A DNA stretch of 64,000 nt from a virus (IMGVR_UViG_2602041658_000005:1-64000); one strand, 5' to 3'. Positions 17,829-27,696 are shown, numbered from the stretch's first letter. A program made the numbers and translations. Notes: generated from the letters alone by a model not told the origin.

Positions 17829-18602
17829 ATGATAGAAGAGAACAAACTATATCACGGTGATTGCTTTCGCCTTATGCAGGACATTCCAGACAAGTCTATT
17901 GACATGATACTATCCGACCCACCCTACGCTTGTCTTAACAAATCTAATAAGGATGCAAGTTGGGACAAGGAGATAGACCTACAAGAGTTGTGGAAACAGT
18001 ATGAGCGCATTATAAAAGACAATGGAGCAATATTATTGTTTGGACAAGGCTTGTTTGCAGGCAAGCTCATTATGAGTAACCCGAAGCTATATAGATACGA
18101 CCTTGTGTGGGACAAGGTTAGGAAGGTGGGCTTTCTCAACGCGAAGAGAATGCCGTTAAGACAGCATGAGCAAATACTTGTATTCTATAAAAAACTGCCT
18201 ACATACAATCCTCAAATGGTGAAGTGCGAGCCGCACCAACGCAACCACAGCAGAGGAAGCGGCAACGAAACAAATAGAACCTATGGGAATTATGGTAAGT
18301 CGGAAAGGATTATTACAGACGAGAAATATCCAAGCAGCATTATAACGTTTCCGAAAGGTAGTAAGGACGATTGGCTACACCCTACGGCAAAGCCAATAGA
18401 ATTGCTTAGGTACCTTATTCGCACCTATTCTAACGAGGGCGATTTGGTGTTAGACAACTTTGCAGGTAGCGGCTCAACGTGTGTAGCTGCCATAAAGGAA
18501 AACCGTAAGTTTATCGGAATGGAAATGGAATACCACTTCTTTAAGGTGGCAGATGAGAGAATAAAAAACGAATTGAGAGAACCAAAATTATTTTATAAAT
18601 AA
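17829..18602 (+). CDS. N4-cytosine/N6-adenine DNA methyltransferase (beta class)
   Basis: IDMILSDPPY, HPTAKP, VLDNFAGSGST. Confidence 0.92.
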   Translation: MIEENKLYHGDCFRLMQDIPDKSIDMILSDPPYACLNKSNKDASWDKEIDLQELWKQYERIIKDNGAILLFGQGLFAGKLIMSNPKLYRYDLVWDKVRKVGFLNAKRMPLRQHEQILVFYKKLPTYNPQMVKCEPHQRNHSRGSGNETNRTYGNYGKSERIITDEKYPSSIITFPKGSKDDWLHPTAKPIELLRYLIRTYSNEGDLVLDNFAGSGSTCVAAIKENRKFIGMEMEYHFFKVADERIKNELREPKLFYK

Positions 18603-18615
18603 AACTAAAGATATT

Positions 18616-18924
18616 ATGATTACGAATGATAAGAAGCCAGAGAGCCTTTATGTATATTCTATTCAGCTTTCTACTATAAAATTAGTTCTCCAAAAGTGTT
18701 TAGATTTAGGATATTTTGATGCTAAGACGAAAGAAGATGCTTTCTATGATAAAGCGATTATCAAGTTTTGCTTATCCAACAATCTCGCTGCGGACGAATT
18801 TGTATTAGGGGGACATGATTTCAAATATAGAAATCACAAGAGAGATAAAAGGGGAAAGATGGTGAGTGTAGAAGTATATTTACCTAAACTGGAAAAAAAT
18901 AAACATAAACAAAAAGATTTTTAG
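18616..18924 (+). CDS. Hypothetical protein
   Basis: 102-aa ORF in operon. Confidence 0.6.
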   Translation: MITNDKKPESLYVYSIQLSTIKLVLQKCLDLGYFDAKTKEDAFYDKAIIKFCLSNNLAADEFVLGGHDFKYRNHKRDKRGKMVSVEVYLPKLEKNKHKQKDF

Positions 18925-18927
18925 ATA

Positions 18928-19716
18928 ATGGTAAAAGAATTTGAACTCACTAAAAATAGTGGTAGCGAGGAGATAAAAAAGTATTTTCAAAAGATATTAG
19001 AGCTAAGCAAGTCGGGCGAGAAATATCCCATTAACCTTGATGATGTTTGGGGCTTGGTGTATGGACAAAAGTCTGACGCTGTTGCTGCATTAAAGGAAAG
19101 TTTTATGCAAGATGTTGATTACCAAGTTTTAAGGAAAAATCCTCAAAACCCAACAGGAGGAAGACCCTCTAATATTTACTATATCTCTGTTCCTTGCATG
19201 GAGTTCTTTGTAGCTCGCAAAGTAAGGTCTGTTTTTGAGGTTTACAGACAAGTGTTTCATAAAATTGTGGAAGAAAGATGGGTACTGCCAAAGAATTTTT
19301 CGCAAGCATTACGTCTTGCCGCTGACCAATATGAGCAGATAGAAGCGCAGAACAAGCAGATAGAAGCCTTGAGCGATGAAGTGGTCGAGCTAAAAAAGAA
19401 AACCGATTATCTCGAAATAATATTACAAAGTAAGGAGACGGTTACAATAGGTCAGATTGCCGCAGACTACGGAATGACACCGCAAGAGATGAACGGCTTA
19501 CTCGCTAAAATGCACATACAGCACAAAGTGAACGGACAATGGCTGCTGTATGCAGACTATGTGCGAAAAGGATATACGCACAGCGAAACGATACCTATAA
19601 AGCACAAAGATGGCAGAGCCGAAGTGAAAATGTTTTCTAAGTGGAGACAGTCGGGAAGGATTTTCTTGTATAATAAACTAAAAGAACGTGGTATAATTCC
19701 TTTAATAGAAAAGTAA
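18928..19716 (+). CDS. Antirepressor-type protein (AntA-related N-term + Ant C-term)
   Basis: YPINLDDVWGLVY, DYQV...GGRP; IAADYGMT...IQHKVNGQW...KWRQSG. Confidence 0.8.
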   Translation: MVKEFELTKNSGSEEIKKYFQKILELSKSGEKYPINLDDVWGLVYGQKSDAVAALKESFMQDVDYQVLRKNPQNPTGGRPSNIYYISVPCMEFFVARKVRSVFEVYRQVFHKIVEERWVLPKNFSQALRLAADQYEQIEAQNKQIEALSDEVVELKKKTDYLEIILQSKETVTIGQIAADYGMTPQEMNGLLAKMHIQHKVNGQWLLYADYVRKGYTHSETIPIKHKDGRAEVKMFSKWRQSGRIFLYNKLKERGIIPLIEK

Positions 19717-19721
19717 AGATT

Positions 19722-20132
19722 ATGAGCGAAAAAATAATTAAGGTTGGTAAATATGCCGTGTTACACGAAAGAGAAGCGAAGCGTCTCTTAGAATTTGCTG
19801 GTTATGATGAGACTATGCCTATAAGCGAGGTTAAAGATGATGACCAGAAACTTGCCTCGTGTAAAGAAATAGAGTTCGCAAAGCTAACCAAGCAAATGCT
19901 TGAAACTTTCAAAAAGAAAAACGCAGACTACGGAGATAGTACTACGCAGACATTCAAAGAGTTTGGATTGATGTCTTACGCTGTTAGACTGAACGATAAA
20001 CTAAACAGGGTTAAGTCGTTCTGTAAGAAAGGTGTGTTGGAAGTGAAAGAAGAGAAAATAATAGACACGCTTATGGATATGAGTGCATATTGTCTGTTGG
20101 CGGTTATGGATATTAAGAATCAAAAGGAGTAA
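19722..20132 (+). CDS. DUF1599 / nucleotide-modification-associated domain protein
   Basis: FKKKNADYGDS, RLNDKLNR, DTLMDMSAY. Confidence 0.8.
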   Translation: MSEKIIKVGKYAVLHEREAKRLLEFAGYDETMPISEVKDDDQKLASCKEIEFAKLTKQMLETFKKKNADYGDSTTQTFKEFGLMSYAVRLNDKLNRVKSFCKKGVLEVKEEKIIDTLMDMSAYCLLAVMDIKNQKE

Positions 20133-20136
20133 AACT

Positions 20137-20526
20137 ATGAGATACGAAAATTTAAAAATTACGGAAATAGGTGATGAATATATCATTCTTGAGAATGATG
20201 ATAAAGAAAAGTTAATGGTTAGCAGTTATCATTCTACCGATTGCTGCGAGTATCACTATTTGGATTTTTCAGCAGTTAAAGATATGATAGAAGATGATAT
20301 GCTTTTTTGCATAGATACCGAAGACCCTATGTCATTCTTTTGCAAGGTAGAGGATTTTGGTATCAGACTACTTCCTACAAATAATCACCCTATATCTGTT
20401 CCCGGATATGGAATCAATAACGGATATTATAACAGCCACATAGACCTTATTGTGGAGGATATGAGGTTTCATAAAGAGATACTGAAGATTGATGCTTCTG
20501 AATGTCAAAACATAAAATGGGGATAA
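20137..20526 (+). CDS. Hypothetical phage protein
   Basis: HSTDCCE and GINNGYY motifs. Confidence 0.65.
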   Translation: MRYENLKITEIGDEYIILENDDKEKLMVSSYHSTDCCEYHYLDFSAVKDMIEDDMLFCIDTEDPMSFFCKVEDFGIRLLPTNNHPISVPGYGINNGYYNSHIDLIVEDMRFHKEILKIDASECQNIKWG

Positions 20527-20694
20527 ATGATGCAATTCTTTAAAAATATTTTACTTAAACTTTCATGCTTGCATGACTGGGAACTCAGAAGAAGGGTATA
20601 TACTTACGAGGATGAGTCTTGTAAATATCCATATAAGTGTGAGATACTTTATGTGTGTCGAAAGTGTGGAAAATTCAAGAAAATAAAAATATGA
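20527..20694 (+). CDS. 55-aa Zn-ribbon-like small protein
   Basis: CLHDW...CRKCGK; below ORF-track cutoff. Confidence 0.55.
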   Translation: MMQFFKNILLKLSCLHDWELRRRVYTYEDESCKYPYKCEILYVCRKCGKFKKIKI

Positions 20695-20909
20695 GTAAGA
20701 TAATAGAAAACAAGGCTGACAAGGCTTTTCCTTGTCCAAAAGATGAAGACACCGTTGCTTCTATGCGTGAGAAAAAGAGAGGATACATAAAAGGGTATGA
20801 GCAGGCACTTAAAGACATGAAAGGACATCTTGACCTTGCTGCTATCGCTGGTAAAAGTTTTATGGTGCTTGATATGTGTAAATGGATTGAGGGGAGATTA
20901 AAGGATTAG
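20691..20909 (+). CDS. Hypothetical protein
   Basis: ATGA-coupled ORF. Confidence 0.6.
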   Translation: MSKIIENKADKAFPCPKDEDTVASMREKKRGYIKGYEQALKDMKGHLDLAAIAGKSFMVLDMCKWIEGRLKD

Positions 20910-20935
20910 GGGGAAAATATAAAAGGACTTAAGAT

Positions 20936-21736
20936 ATGGATAAAATTAAAGTTTTTAATTATAACGGAAGCAATATAACGTTCAGTAGTGAAAACGGAGT
21001 GATGGTCAATGCGACAGAAATGGCGAGGGCTTTTGATAAGAGACCAATTGACTATCTCCGTCTTCCAACTACCATAGAGTTGATAAATGCAATTGTGAGA
21101 AAATCTCACATTTCAGAAAGTCAGTTAATTATAACCAAGCAAGGCAGCTCTATTAATGGCGGTGGAACGTGGTTACACGAAGATATAGCCTTGGATTTCG
21201 CTCAATGGCTTTCAGTTGATTTTAGGCTATGGTGTAACGACCGCATCAAAGAGTTGCTAAAGTACGGCATGACCGCTACACAACCAACTTTGGAGCAAAT
21301 GGTAGATAATCCCGACCTTGTGATAGAACTTGCTGTGAAGCTGAAAACAGAGAGAGCAGAAAAAGCGAAATTGGAGCAGGAAAGGGAAATGCTTAATAAC
21401 AAGTTAGAGCAACAAGCCCCGAAAGTAGCTTTTGCCAATGCCATAGAAGCAAGTAAATCAAGTTGTCTAATTGGTGAGCTTGCAAAGATACTCACACAGA
21501 ACGGCTATACGATAGGACAGAACAGGCTTTTTGAATGGATGCGAAACAACGGCTATCTTGGAACGAAAGGCGAATATTACAACATACCTAACCAAACGTA
21601 TATCGAGCAAGGATTATTCGATTTGAAAAAAGGTGTTCGTAGTGGTAATGATGGTGTGATGCACACCACGATAACAACGAAAGTAACAGGGAAAGGATGT
21701 AGGTATTTTATCAATAAATTTTTAGGAGGAAGATAA
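20936..21736 (+). CDS. KilA-N domain + antirepressor C-terminal domain protein
   Basis: VNATEMARAF, GTWLHEDIALDFAQWLS; IGELAKIL...IGQNRLFEWMR...VTGKG. Confidence 0.9.
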   Translation: MDKIKVFNYNGSNITFSSENGVMVNATEMARAFDKRPIDYLRLPTTIELINAIVRKSHISESQLIITKQGSSINGGGTWLHEDIALDFAQWLSVDFRLWCNDRIKELLKYGMTATQPTLEQMVDNPDLVIELAVKLKTERAEKAKLEQEREMLNNKLEQQAPKVAFANAIEASKSSCLIGELAKILTQNGYTIGQNRLFEWMRNNGYLGTKGEYYNIPNQTYIEQGLFDLKKGVRSGNDGVMHTTITTKVTGKGCRYFINKFLGGR

Positions 21737-21738
21737 TT

Positions 21739-21969
21739 ATGGCTGATATAAATTGGTTAGCAGAGATAGTAAAAGTTCATAAATTTCATATAGAATTTTA
21801 TTATTCAAGTATTACTGATTGGTGCTTGATAATAACAAGAAAAGGGTGTAACAAAGGCGGTGGCGACATTGTTGTTTTTGATGACGAATGCAATGATTTA
21901 TCTTTGCTATTATCAAAGGCAGAGGTCGCTGTTAAAGAGTATTGTCTTGAAGAATTAGGAGGGTATTAG
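21739..21969 (+). CDS. Hypothetical protein
   Basis: 76-aa ORF in operon. Confidence 0.6.
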   Translation: MADINWLAEIVKVHKFHIEFYYSSITDWCLIITRKGCNKGGGDIVVFDDECNDLSLLLSKAEVAVKEYCLEELGGY

Positions 21970-21972
21970 ACT

Positions 21973-22746
21973 ATGTTACGATTAATGGTTAAGCCGAAAG
22001 ACGGCAAAGAGGGAGTGATAATGTTTGTAAAATCTTACAAACGAAATTGGCTGTTTAGAAAAAAAATAAAACTTACACCTTTAATAGGGGAGGCTATGGT
22101 CTTCGATTTAAACGAAACCGTAAAGGCGTATGAAATGAAAATTGAAATTGACGATATTGTTAAAACAGAAGTCGTGCATGACTCTGAAATAAATTACTAT
22201 CGAAAATTTCATCAGTTTTATATCATTGCTAAACATACAAAGAAAGGACTTGAATATTATAGTTCTGAAAAAGAGTTTTACGATGAAAGGTTGAAACGTA
22301 GAGTGCAAATGCCCGACTTTACTACGGAAATAGAAAAAGCAGAATTTTCTAAAAGTCTTGTAAGTGTAAAAAATATGCTTACAAGAATGAGGGTAAGTAA
22401 TAAAGACAAGGTGGCTTCTTATAGTGTTTTTCTTACCATTAGAAACGACTTATACAAACCAAATATTATTTTCGTACTAACAAATAAGAAGACAAAGAAC
22501 GTTTATTTTTTAAAGAAATATACGTTAAAGGGTAAAAAGAACTCAAGTATACAAGTGTGTGATAATATGCAAGACGCGTTATCTGTAAAATATGATGAGG
22601 CTCTAAAAATATATGATGATTTACATGCTAAGCATAAGAATTTCTCTGTAAATTGTCATCTTCGCAAAGATAACGAGAATGTAAATGCGAAAGATTTTAA
22701 GTTTAAACGTGAATTTTTACAAATAGGATTTAAGCTAAAAGTCTGA
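21973..22746 (+). CDS. Hypothetical basic protein
   Basis: 257-aa ORF. Confidence 0.7.
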   Translation: MLRLMVKPKDGKEGVIMFVKSYKRNWLFRKKIKLTPLIGEAMVFDLNETVKAYEMKIEIDDIVKTEVVHDSEINYYRKFHQFYIIAKHTKKGLEYYSSEKEFYDERLKRRVQMPDFTTEIEKAEFSKSLVSVKNMLTRMRVSNKDKVASYSVFLTIRNDLYKPNIIFVLTNKKTKNVYFLKKYTLKGKKNSSIQVCDNMQDALSVKYDEALKIYDDLHAKHKNFSVNCHLRKDNENVNAKDFKFKREFLQIGFKLKV

Positions 22747-22786
22747 TAAAGAAGACAATAGCAATATGTAAATATTTTTATAAAAG

Positions 22787-23722
22787 ATGAGGATGTTAGA
22801 TAGAAAAGAAGAACAAGAGCGCAGAGAGTTTATTTTAAAAGAATTGAGAAAGAAAAATCTTGCTTTATTTTATAAGGATTTTAGTATTGATCATAGGTTG
22901 TGGTTAAGAGAACTCACAGATAAATACAAAGAGAGGGGTTTATTGCCCCTCTCACCCCTTATCTTAGCAGACTATTATAAAGAATATGAAGATAAACTTT
23001 TAGCAGTTTTAGTGGCTTGTATTTTGCTCGATGACAATGAAAGAGTTATGGAGCAAGTTTCAGCTATGAGAAAGATATTAGGCGAACACCCTTATAAAGA
23101 TTTTTACTCTAATCGCACGTTCGTGCAGCTTTCAAACGGAGCTAATCAGACGAAGTATATTGCTTATTTTAGGTCAACAAAATATTATGAAATATCTAAA
23201 TTATTTGATATTATATGGAATATTGAACACGACTATGGTAAAAAGATGTTCGAGGTGTTTTTTGAAACGATAACACTAAAAGAATATACACCTTATAATG
23301 CTTTGTTGTTATTGTTGAGAGATTTCCCTGTAGGGCGTCCGGAGTGGCGTGTAAATCTTGCCCTGCTGCGTTTATGCGATAAAAAAGGCATAAGTGAACC
23401 TTTGTGGGATTTAGGTTGCTTGGACGAAAAATTAGAATGCCCCCTAAGTAAAGAAATAAAAGATTATTTAAACACGTGGTTTTTTGAATGGTCGCGTACT
23501 TTTACCTTTAAAGAAGTATGCGCGATACTCGGTTTTGAGAGAGAAATAGATGTGTATTATAGTATGCTTGCTTTCAGAGAGTTATCTCGCTACAAGCCAA
23601 AGGAAGTAAAAGACTATTTAAAGCTGTATTACACGCAGTTTAAAAACGGAACGTTAGGACTTAGGGGTAGAAAGAAGCTCAAAGCAAGAATGCCAAAAAT
23701 AGAGTTTGAGCATAGCAAGTAA
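22787..23722 (+). CDS. Hypothetical protein
   Basis: 311-aa ORF ending the rightward arm, followed by inverted repeat 23724-23781. Confidence 0.7.
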   Translation: MRMLDRKEEQERREFILKELRKKNLALFYKDFSIDHRLWLRELTDKYKERGLLPLSPLILADYYKEYEDKLLAVLVACILLDDNERVMEQVSAMRKILGEHPYKDFYSNRTFVQLSNGANQTKYIAYFRSTKYYEISKLFDIIWNIEHDYGKKMFEVFFETITLKEYTPYNALLLLLRDFPVGRPEWRVNLALLRLCDKKGISEPLWDLGCLDEKLECPLSKEIKDYLNTWFFEWSRTFTFKEVCAILGFEREIDVYYSMLAFRELSRYKPKEVKDYLKLYYTQFKNGTLGLRGRKKLKARMPKIEFEHSK

Positions 23723-24003
23723 AAAATGCCCATCTTTTCTAAAATAAAAATGTTAAGGTATTATGAATAATTATGCAACTTTGATGAAAAGACGGGCATT
23801 TAAATTAAATACTACTTCTTTTTGTTTTTATTCTTATCTTTCTTTTTGTTAATCTTCTCATCTATAGCCAAGTATATAAGGAAGATAATAAAACAAACAG
23901 CTAATACAGGTAAAACATACTTTATAAAATCCCATACTATAATGAGAACCACCTCTATGATTGTGAAAAGAAAACCTAAAATAAACATAATTGCAAAAAT
24001 TTA

Positions 24004-24945
24004 TTAGTTGTTAAAAAAAGTCATTGCATTGGAACCGGGTCTTTTTCCGTCAAGACAGATATAACGGTCTGTCATATTGGTCGTACTATGCCCAGCGAGG
24101 GTTTTTATTATTTCTACGGGGACATCTTTCCCTGCTAAAATAGTGCAGAAAGTTCTTCGTGCTGTGTGTAAAGTTACAAACTCCCACTTTTCGCCTTTTT
24201 GAAGCCTGCCTTTTACGTACAATTGGCAATCTTCATTTATTCCTATATTTCTACAAATACGCTGAATAGTTCTATTTGCTACGGCGGTAGTATGTGTTTT
24301 GCATCTTTCGTTAATATACTTATGGAGCCATTTATGAACAGGTAGAGTAACCTCTGTTTTTGTTTTTTGAGAAACATAAGATAGGAAACCATTAGTTATG
24401 TTATCTAATGTCATTCGCTTTGCATCGGAGCTGCGACAACCTGTCAATACGCATTTCATGAATAGATTTTTTACGTCTTTTTCAGTTTCTGTTTTCGGTA
24501 AATAATCATTTAACTTTTCTAACTCGTTCTCTGTGAGCGCGATATGCTGCGATGGAACTTTCTTTCCACTTAAAACTCCCATTATATTTTTGCAAGGGAT
24601 AACGTTCTCTTCTGAATATTCGTTGAGAAAGGCTTTTATTATATTAAGATACGTACACGCTGAATTTGGAGAAACTTTATCTTTAATATAAGATGCAATT
24701 CTTACAAGGTTAATCTTTGATAGATCTTCCCATGTTATTAAATCTTTTTGCAATGCTTCCCCCATCATTCTAATTATTTGTGGTCGTTGTGTATTCTTTA
24801 AAAGAAAAGCACCTGCAAAGGATTTTTTCCACTCATCAAAAGAATATTCTTCTATATTGTTCATAAAAGGGTTTGCAAGAATAGACGCAAACTGCCTATC
24901 GGTACATCTCTTGCCAAGTACTTTTTTCAAATCTTCTCTTTCCAT
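24004..24945 (-). CDS. Tyrosine recombinase / integrase family protein
   Basis: LTGCRSSD, SQKTK, HTARRTF, LAGHS, RY catalytic residues. Confidence 0.9.
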   Translation of the reverse strand: MEREDLKKVLGKRCTDRQFASILANPFMNNIEEYSFDEWKKSFAGAFLLKNTQRPQIIRMMGEALQKDLITWEDLSKINLVRIASYIKDKVSPNSACTYLNIIKAFLNEYSEENVIPCKNIMGVLSGKKVPSQHIALTENELEKLNDYLPKTETEKDVKNLFMKCVLTGCRSSDAKRMTLDNITNGFLSYVSQKTKTEVTLPVHKWLHKYINERCKTHTTAVANRTIQRICRNIGINEDCQLYVKGRLQKGEKWEFVTLHTARRTFCTILAGKDVPVEIIKTLAGHSTTNMTDRYICLDGKRPGSNAMTFFNN

Positions 24946-25075
24946 AATTATTATAATTTTAAATGTTTTTTATTGTGAGCGAGGTAGGTTTTTCTCCTGC
25001 CACGCTCTGAAAATTACGAAAACAAAAAATGCCCGTATAATAAGGAACGTTAGCGCATACCCTTTTATAAAACAT

Positions 25076-25309
25076 TTAAGATTTACTTTCTTTTTTCACT
25101 GCACTCCAATAAGCCTCAACACCCATCATATTTTGAATGGGCATAGTTAATTTATAAAACACATCTTCTATGTCTATATTATACTCGTCAGTGTTTACCT
25201 CTTCATGAAAATACTTGTAAAGTTTTTCTATGATTGTAGCCATTTCTGCGATATTGTTGCTTACTTTTACGGTTGTGCTTTTTGAATTATTATTATTAAT
25301 ATATGCCAT
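25076..25309 (-). CDS. Hypothetical protein
   Basis: 77-aa ORF. Confidence 0.55.
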   Translation of the reverse strand: MAYINNNNSKSTTVKVSNNIAEMATIIEKLYKYFHEEVNTDEYNIDIEDVFYKLTMPIQNMMGVEAYWSAVKKESKS

Positions 25310-25529
25310 CGTTGTATTTTTTATATGTTTATTTATTGATTAATAACTATTATTCTCTATATTTTTTATAGTTCTTTATTTTATTTTTGCAAGTGTGTGA
25401 TTGCTTGTGTTACCTCCAAAAAGATGATTTATGTATGCTAACCCTTTTTGCGTGCAAACACATTTCATTACTATTAAATCGGGGTGATTTTTTCTTTTTA
25501 TAGGAGGAAGCTCTGTTAAGACGAAATTT

Positions 25530-26318
25530 TTAAATTCCTAACTCTTTTAATAATTCTCCAAATTTGCCAACATACCATTGTGGTTGTGTTTCTTTCGGGT
25601 TGTTTGGGTTTACTTGATTCTCACCAAACGCTTTGCCTTTCTCTGTAATAGAATAGAATTTGTGTTCCTTTCCTTGAAAGCCTTGTCGGGTAAGGTTACT
25701 AAGGAACCCTTTCTCTAAAGCAACTTTATTAAATTTCTGTGCGCTTATTTCCTTGTTATTGCGTTTGAGTAGTTCTGTTGCAGATAACATTTGGTCAATT
25801 GATGTTGTGTAGTCGGGAGTAGGCAGTCCGAGAGGGTCGCCTATTTTCTTTAACAATGATAGCTTAGAGCTATCGTTAAGGTGTAGTATATCACCAACGC
25901 CTTTTATCCACGAAATCTTGGCGTTAATGATTTTAGATGAAATGGAATGTCTTTTTGTTTCTTTTTTCTTTGCGAGTTCTTCGCATCGAATAAAGTACTG
26001 ACGAGCCATTTTCCCCCTCTCGTTGTTCTCTACCATTGAAAGTTCCTTTGCCATTTCAACGGAAATAGCGTATTCGTCTTGTGGTCTACCCCCATTAGGG
26101 TTTTTCACAAATTTGTGAAAAACTTCAAAGTCTTGATTTTCAACGAATCCGTATTGGTTAATACGCTGATTAATCCAATCTGTAAAATTACGTTTGTTTT
26201 CTAAGAATGTGTGTAACATTCTTGCACTTACGGCTCTCTTGCCGTTACTCTCATTGATAGGGATAAGCTCCCCGATGTTTTGGTTTTGGTTTTGTTCCAT
26301 ACTAATAGTTTTGAACAT
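25530..26318 (-). CDS. AntA/AntB antirepressor
   Basis: AVSARMLHTFL...MAKELSMVENNERGKMARQYFI; close paralogue of 10373..10699. Confidence 0.88.
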   Translation of the reverse strand: MFKTISMEQNQNQNIGELIPINESNGKRAVSARMLHTFLENKRNFTDWINQRINQYGFVENQDFEVFHKFVKNPNGGRPQDEYAISVEMAKELSMVENNERGKMARQYFIRCEELAKKKETKRHSISSKIINAKISWIKGVGDILHLNDSSKLSLLKKIGDPLGLPTPDYTTSIDQMLSATELLKRNNKEISAQKFNKVALEKGFLSNLTRQGFQGKEHKFYSITEKGKAFGENQVNPNNPKETQPQWYVGKFGELLKELGI

Positions 26319-26500
26319 AAATAAAGCCGCACGATGTGTTGTTCATGTACTATTAGCGTAACATTCGGGGCATTTCTGCTACCCGACACATGTGCGGCAT
26401 ATCTGATTATACCTTAATCTGAAATATGTAGATACAAAAAACACCGATGCTCAATCGGTGGTGTCTGTACCACTAATAGTTTTGAACACTGCAAAGATAG
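26301..26500 (-). ncRNA. C4-like antisense/attenuator leader of the antirepressor, with promoter
   Basis: Minus strand: TATCTTTG promoter; TGTTCAAAACTATTAGT at the 5' end and again over the start codon; complementary CTAATAGTACATGAACA inside a GCCGCA...TGCGGC-closed structure. Confidence 0.6.
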
Positions 26501-26638
26501 CAATAATATTTCGTATTTTCCAAATGATTGGCTTGCTTTTTTGTAGTTATTATGTTATTTTGTGTTAATACGTACATTAATGTATTGCATTACTATAAAT
26601 CTTATGTTACCTTTGTATTGCAACAAAGAAATTTGACC

Positions 26639-27187
26639 ATGACACATTTTGACAAACAAAAACTATCTGAGGTTGTTTTGTACATTTTGAACAAGACAAA
26701 AGGCTTAGACTATTACCATTTGTTCAAGGTGATATACTTTGCTAATATGGAGCATTTGGTGAAGTATGGTTCCCCTATGGTTGCAGACGCTTTCTACGCA
26801 CTACCTGACGGTCCCGTTCCTACGGTTCTTTATGATAGTATCAAGCGAGATACCAATTGCGATAGTGAGATGCATAACCTTTTGTCAAGCAGTACAAAAA
26901 AGGGAGAGGACGATGCTTATTATATGCTTACCGCAAGCCGCAAGACCGATGAGGACTATTTGTCAAAGGCTGATATTGAAGTGCTGGATAATTCAATCAA
27001 AGAAAACGCATATCTTCCCTATTCTGAGTTGAAAGCCAAGTCGCATGGCAAAGAGTGGGAAAGGGCTTTCTCACAAAGTAGCGACAAAAAGATGAGCATT
27101 GTAGGCATTGCGAAAGATGGTAGAGCCTCTGATGACATGATAGAATACATCAAGGAAAACTTGATGATTGAATCGGCTTTAGCATGA
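26639..27187 (+). CDS. Panacea (DUF4065/SocA-like) antitoxin
   Basis: LFKVIYFA...YGSPM...ALPDGPVP; LKAKSH..W. Confidence 0.8.
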   Translation: MTHFDKQKLSEVVLYILNKTKGLDYYHLFKVIYFANMEHLVKYGSPMVADAFYALPDGPVPTVLYDSIKRDTNCDSEMHNLLSSSTKKGEDDAYYMLTASRKTDEDYLSKADIEVLDNSIKENAYLPYSELKAKSHGKEWERAFSQSSDKKMSIVGIAKDGRASDDMIEYIKENLMIESALA

Positions 27188-27639
27188 CGAGTATAAGAGA
27201 TTTAATCGGAAGTTTATCCGATAAGCTCACGCAAGACAACATTGCTGTTGGAAGCGTATATATGCTTCGTTTGGACAAAACTAATGGAATAACTCCAAAG
27301 AGTGGAGATACCTTTCGTGATAAATTCTTTGTAGTTCTCGGTTTTAACGAAGATAGAGTAGTTGTTGGCGGTTTGGTTATTAACTCAAACATCAACAAAA
27401 ATCTGCCGCCCACTATTACTGATTACTATTTACCAATATCCGCTGAACGTTGCCCTTTTTTGAAACATGATTCATTTGTGAATTGCTCAAAGTTAATCGT
27501 TGCTAACAAGGATAAATTCACACGCTCAACTTATTGTGGAGAAATTACTGACAGCAGTTTTTTAGAGAGTATATACAATACCGTCAAAGAAAGCCCAACG
27601 GTGAGCAATAAGCAGCTAAAAATGTTTGGAATTGAATAG
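27184..27639 (+). CDS. Putative toxin, PemK/MazF-like
   Basis: ATGA-coupled to Panacea gene; RDKFFVVLG, FLKHDSFVNCSKL. Confidence 0.55.
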   Translation: MTSIRDLIGSLSDKLTQDNIAVGSVYMLRLDKTNGITPKSGDTFRDKFFVVLGFNEDRVVVGGLVINSNINKNLPPTITDYYLPISAERCPFLKHDSFVNCSKLIVANKDKFTRSTYCGEITDSSFLESIYNTVKESPTVSNKQLKMFGIE

Positions 27640-27696
27640 GGTTTAATGTCTTTGCAACAAAACACATTTCATACAGGTTATACTTTTGCAAAACAA

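Noticed and set aside
23812-23990. Small frameshifted membrane ORF downstream of the integrase (minus strand)
   Set aside because: Hydrophobic reading needs a frame change and no family motif supports it.
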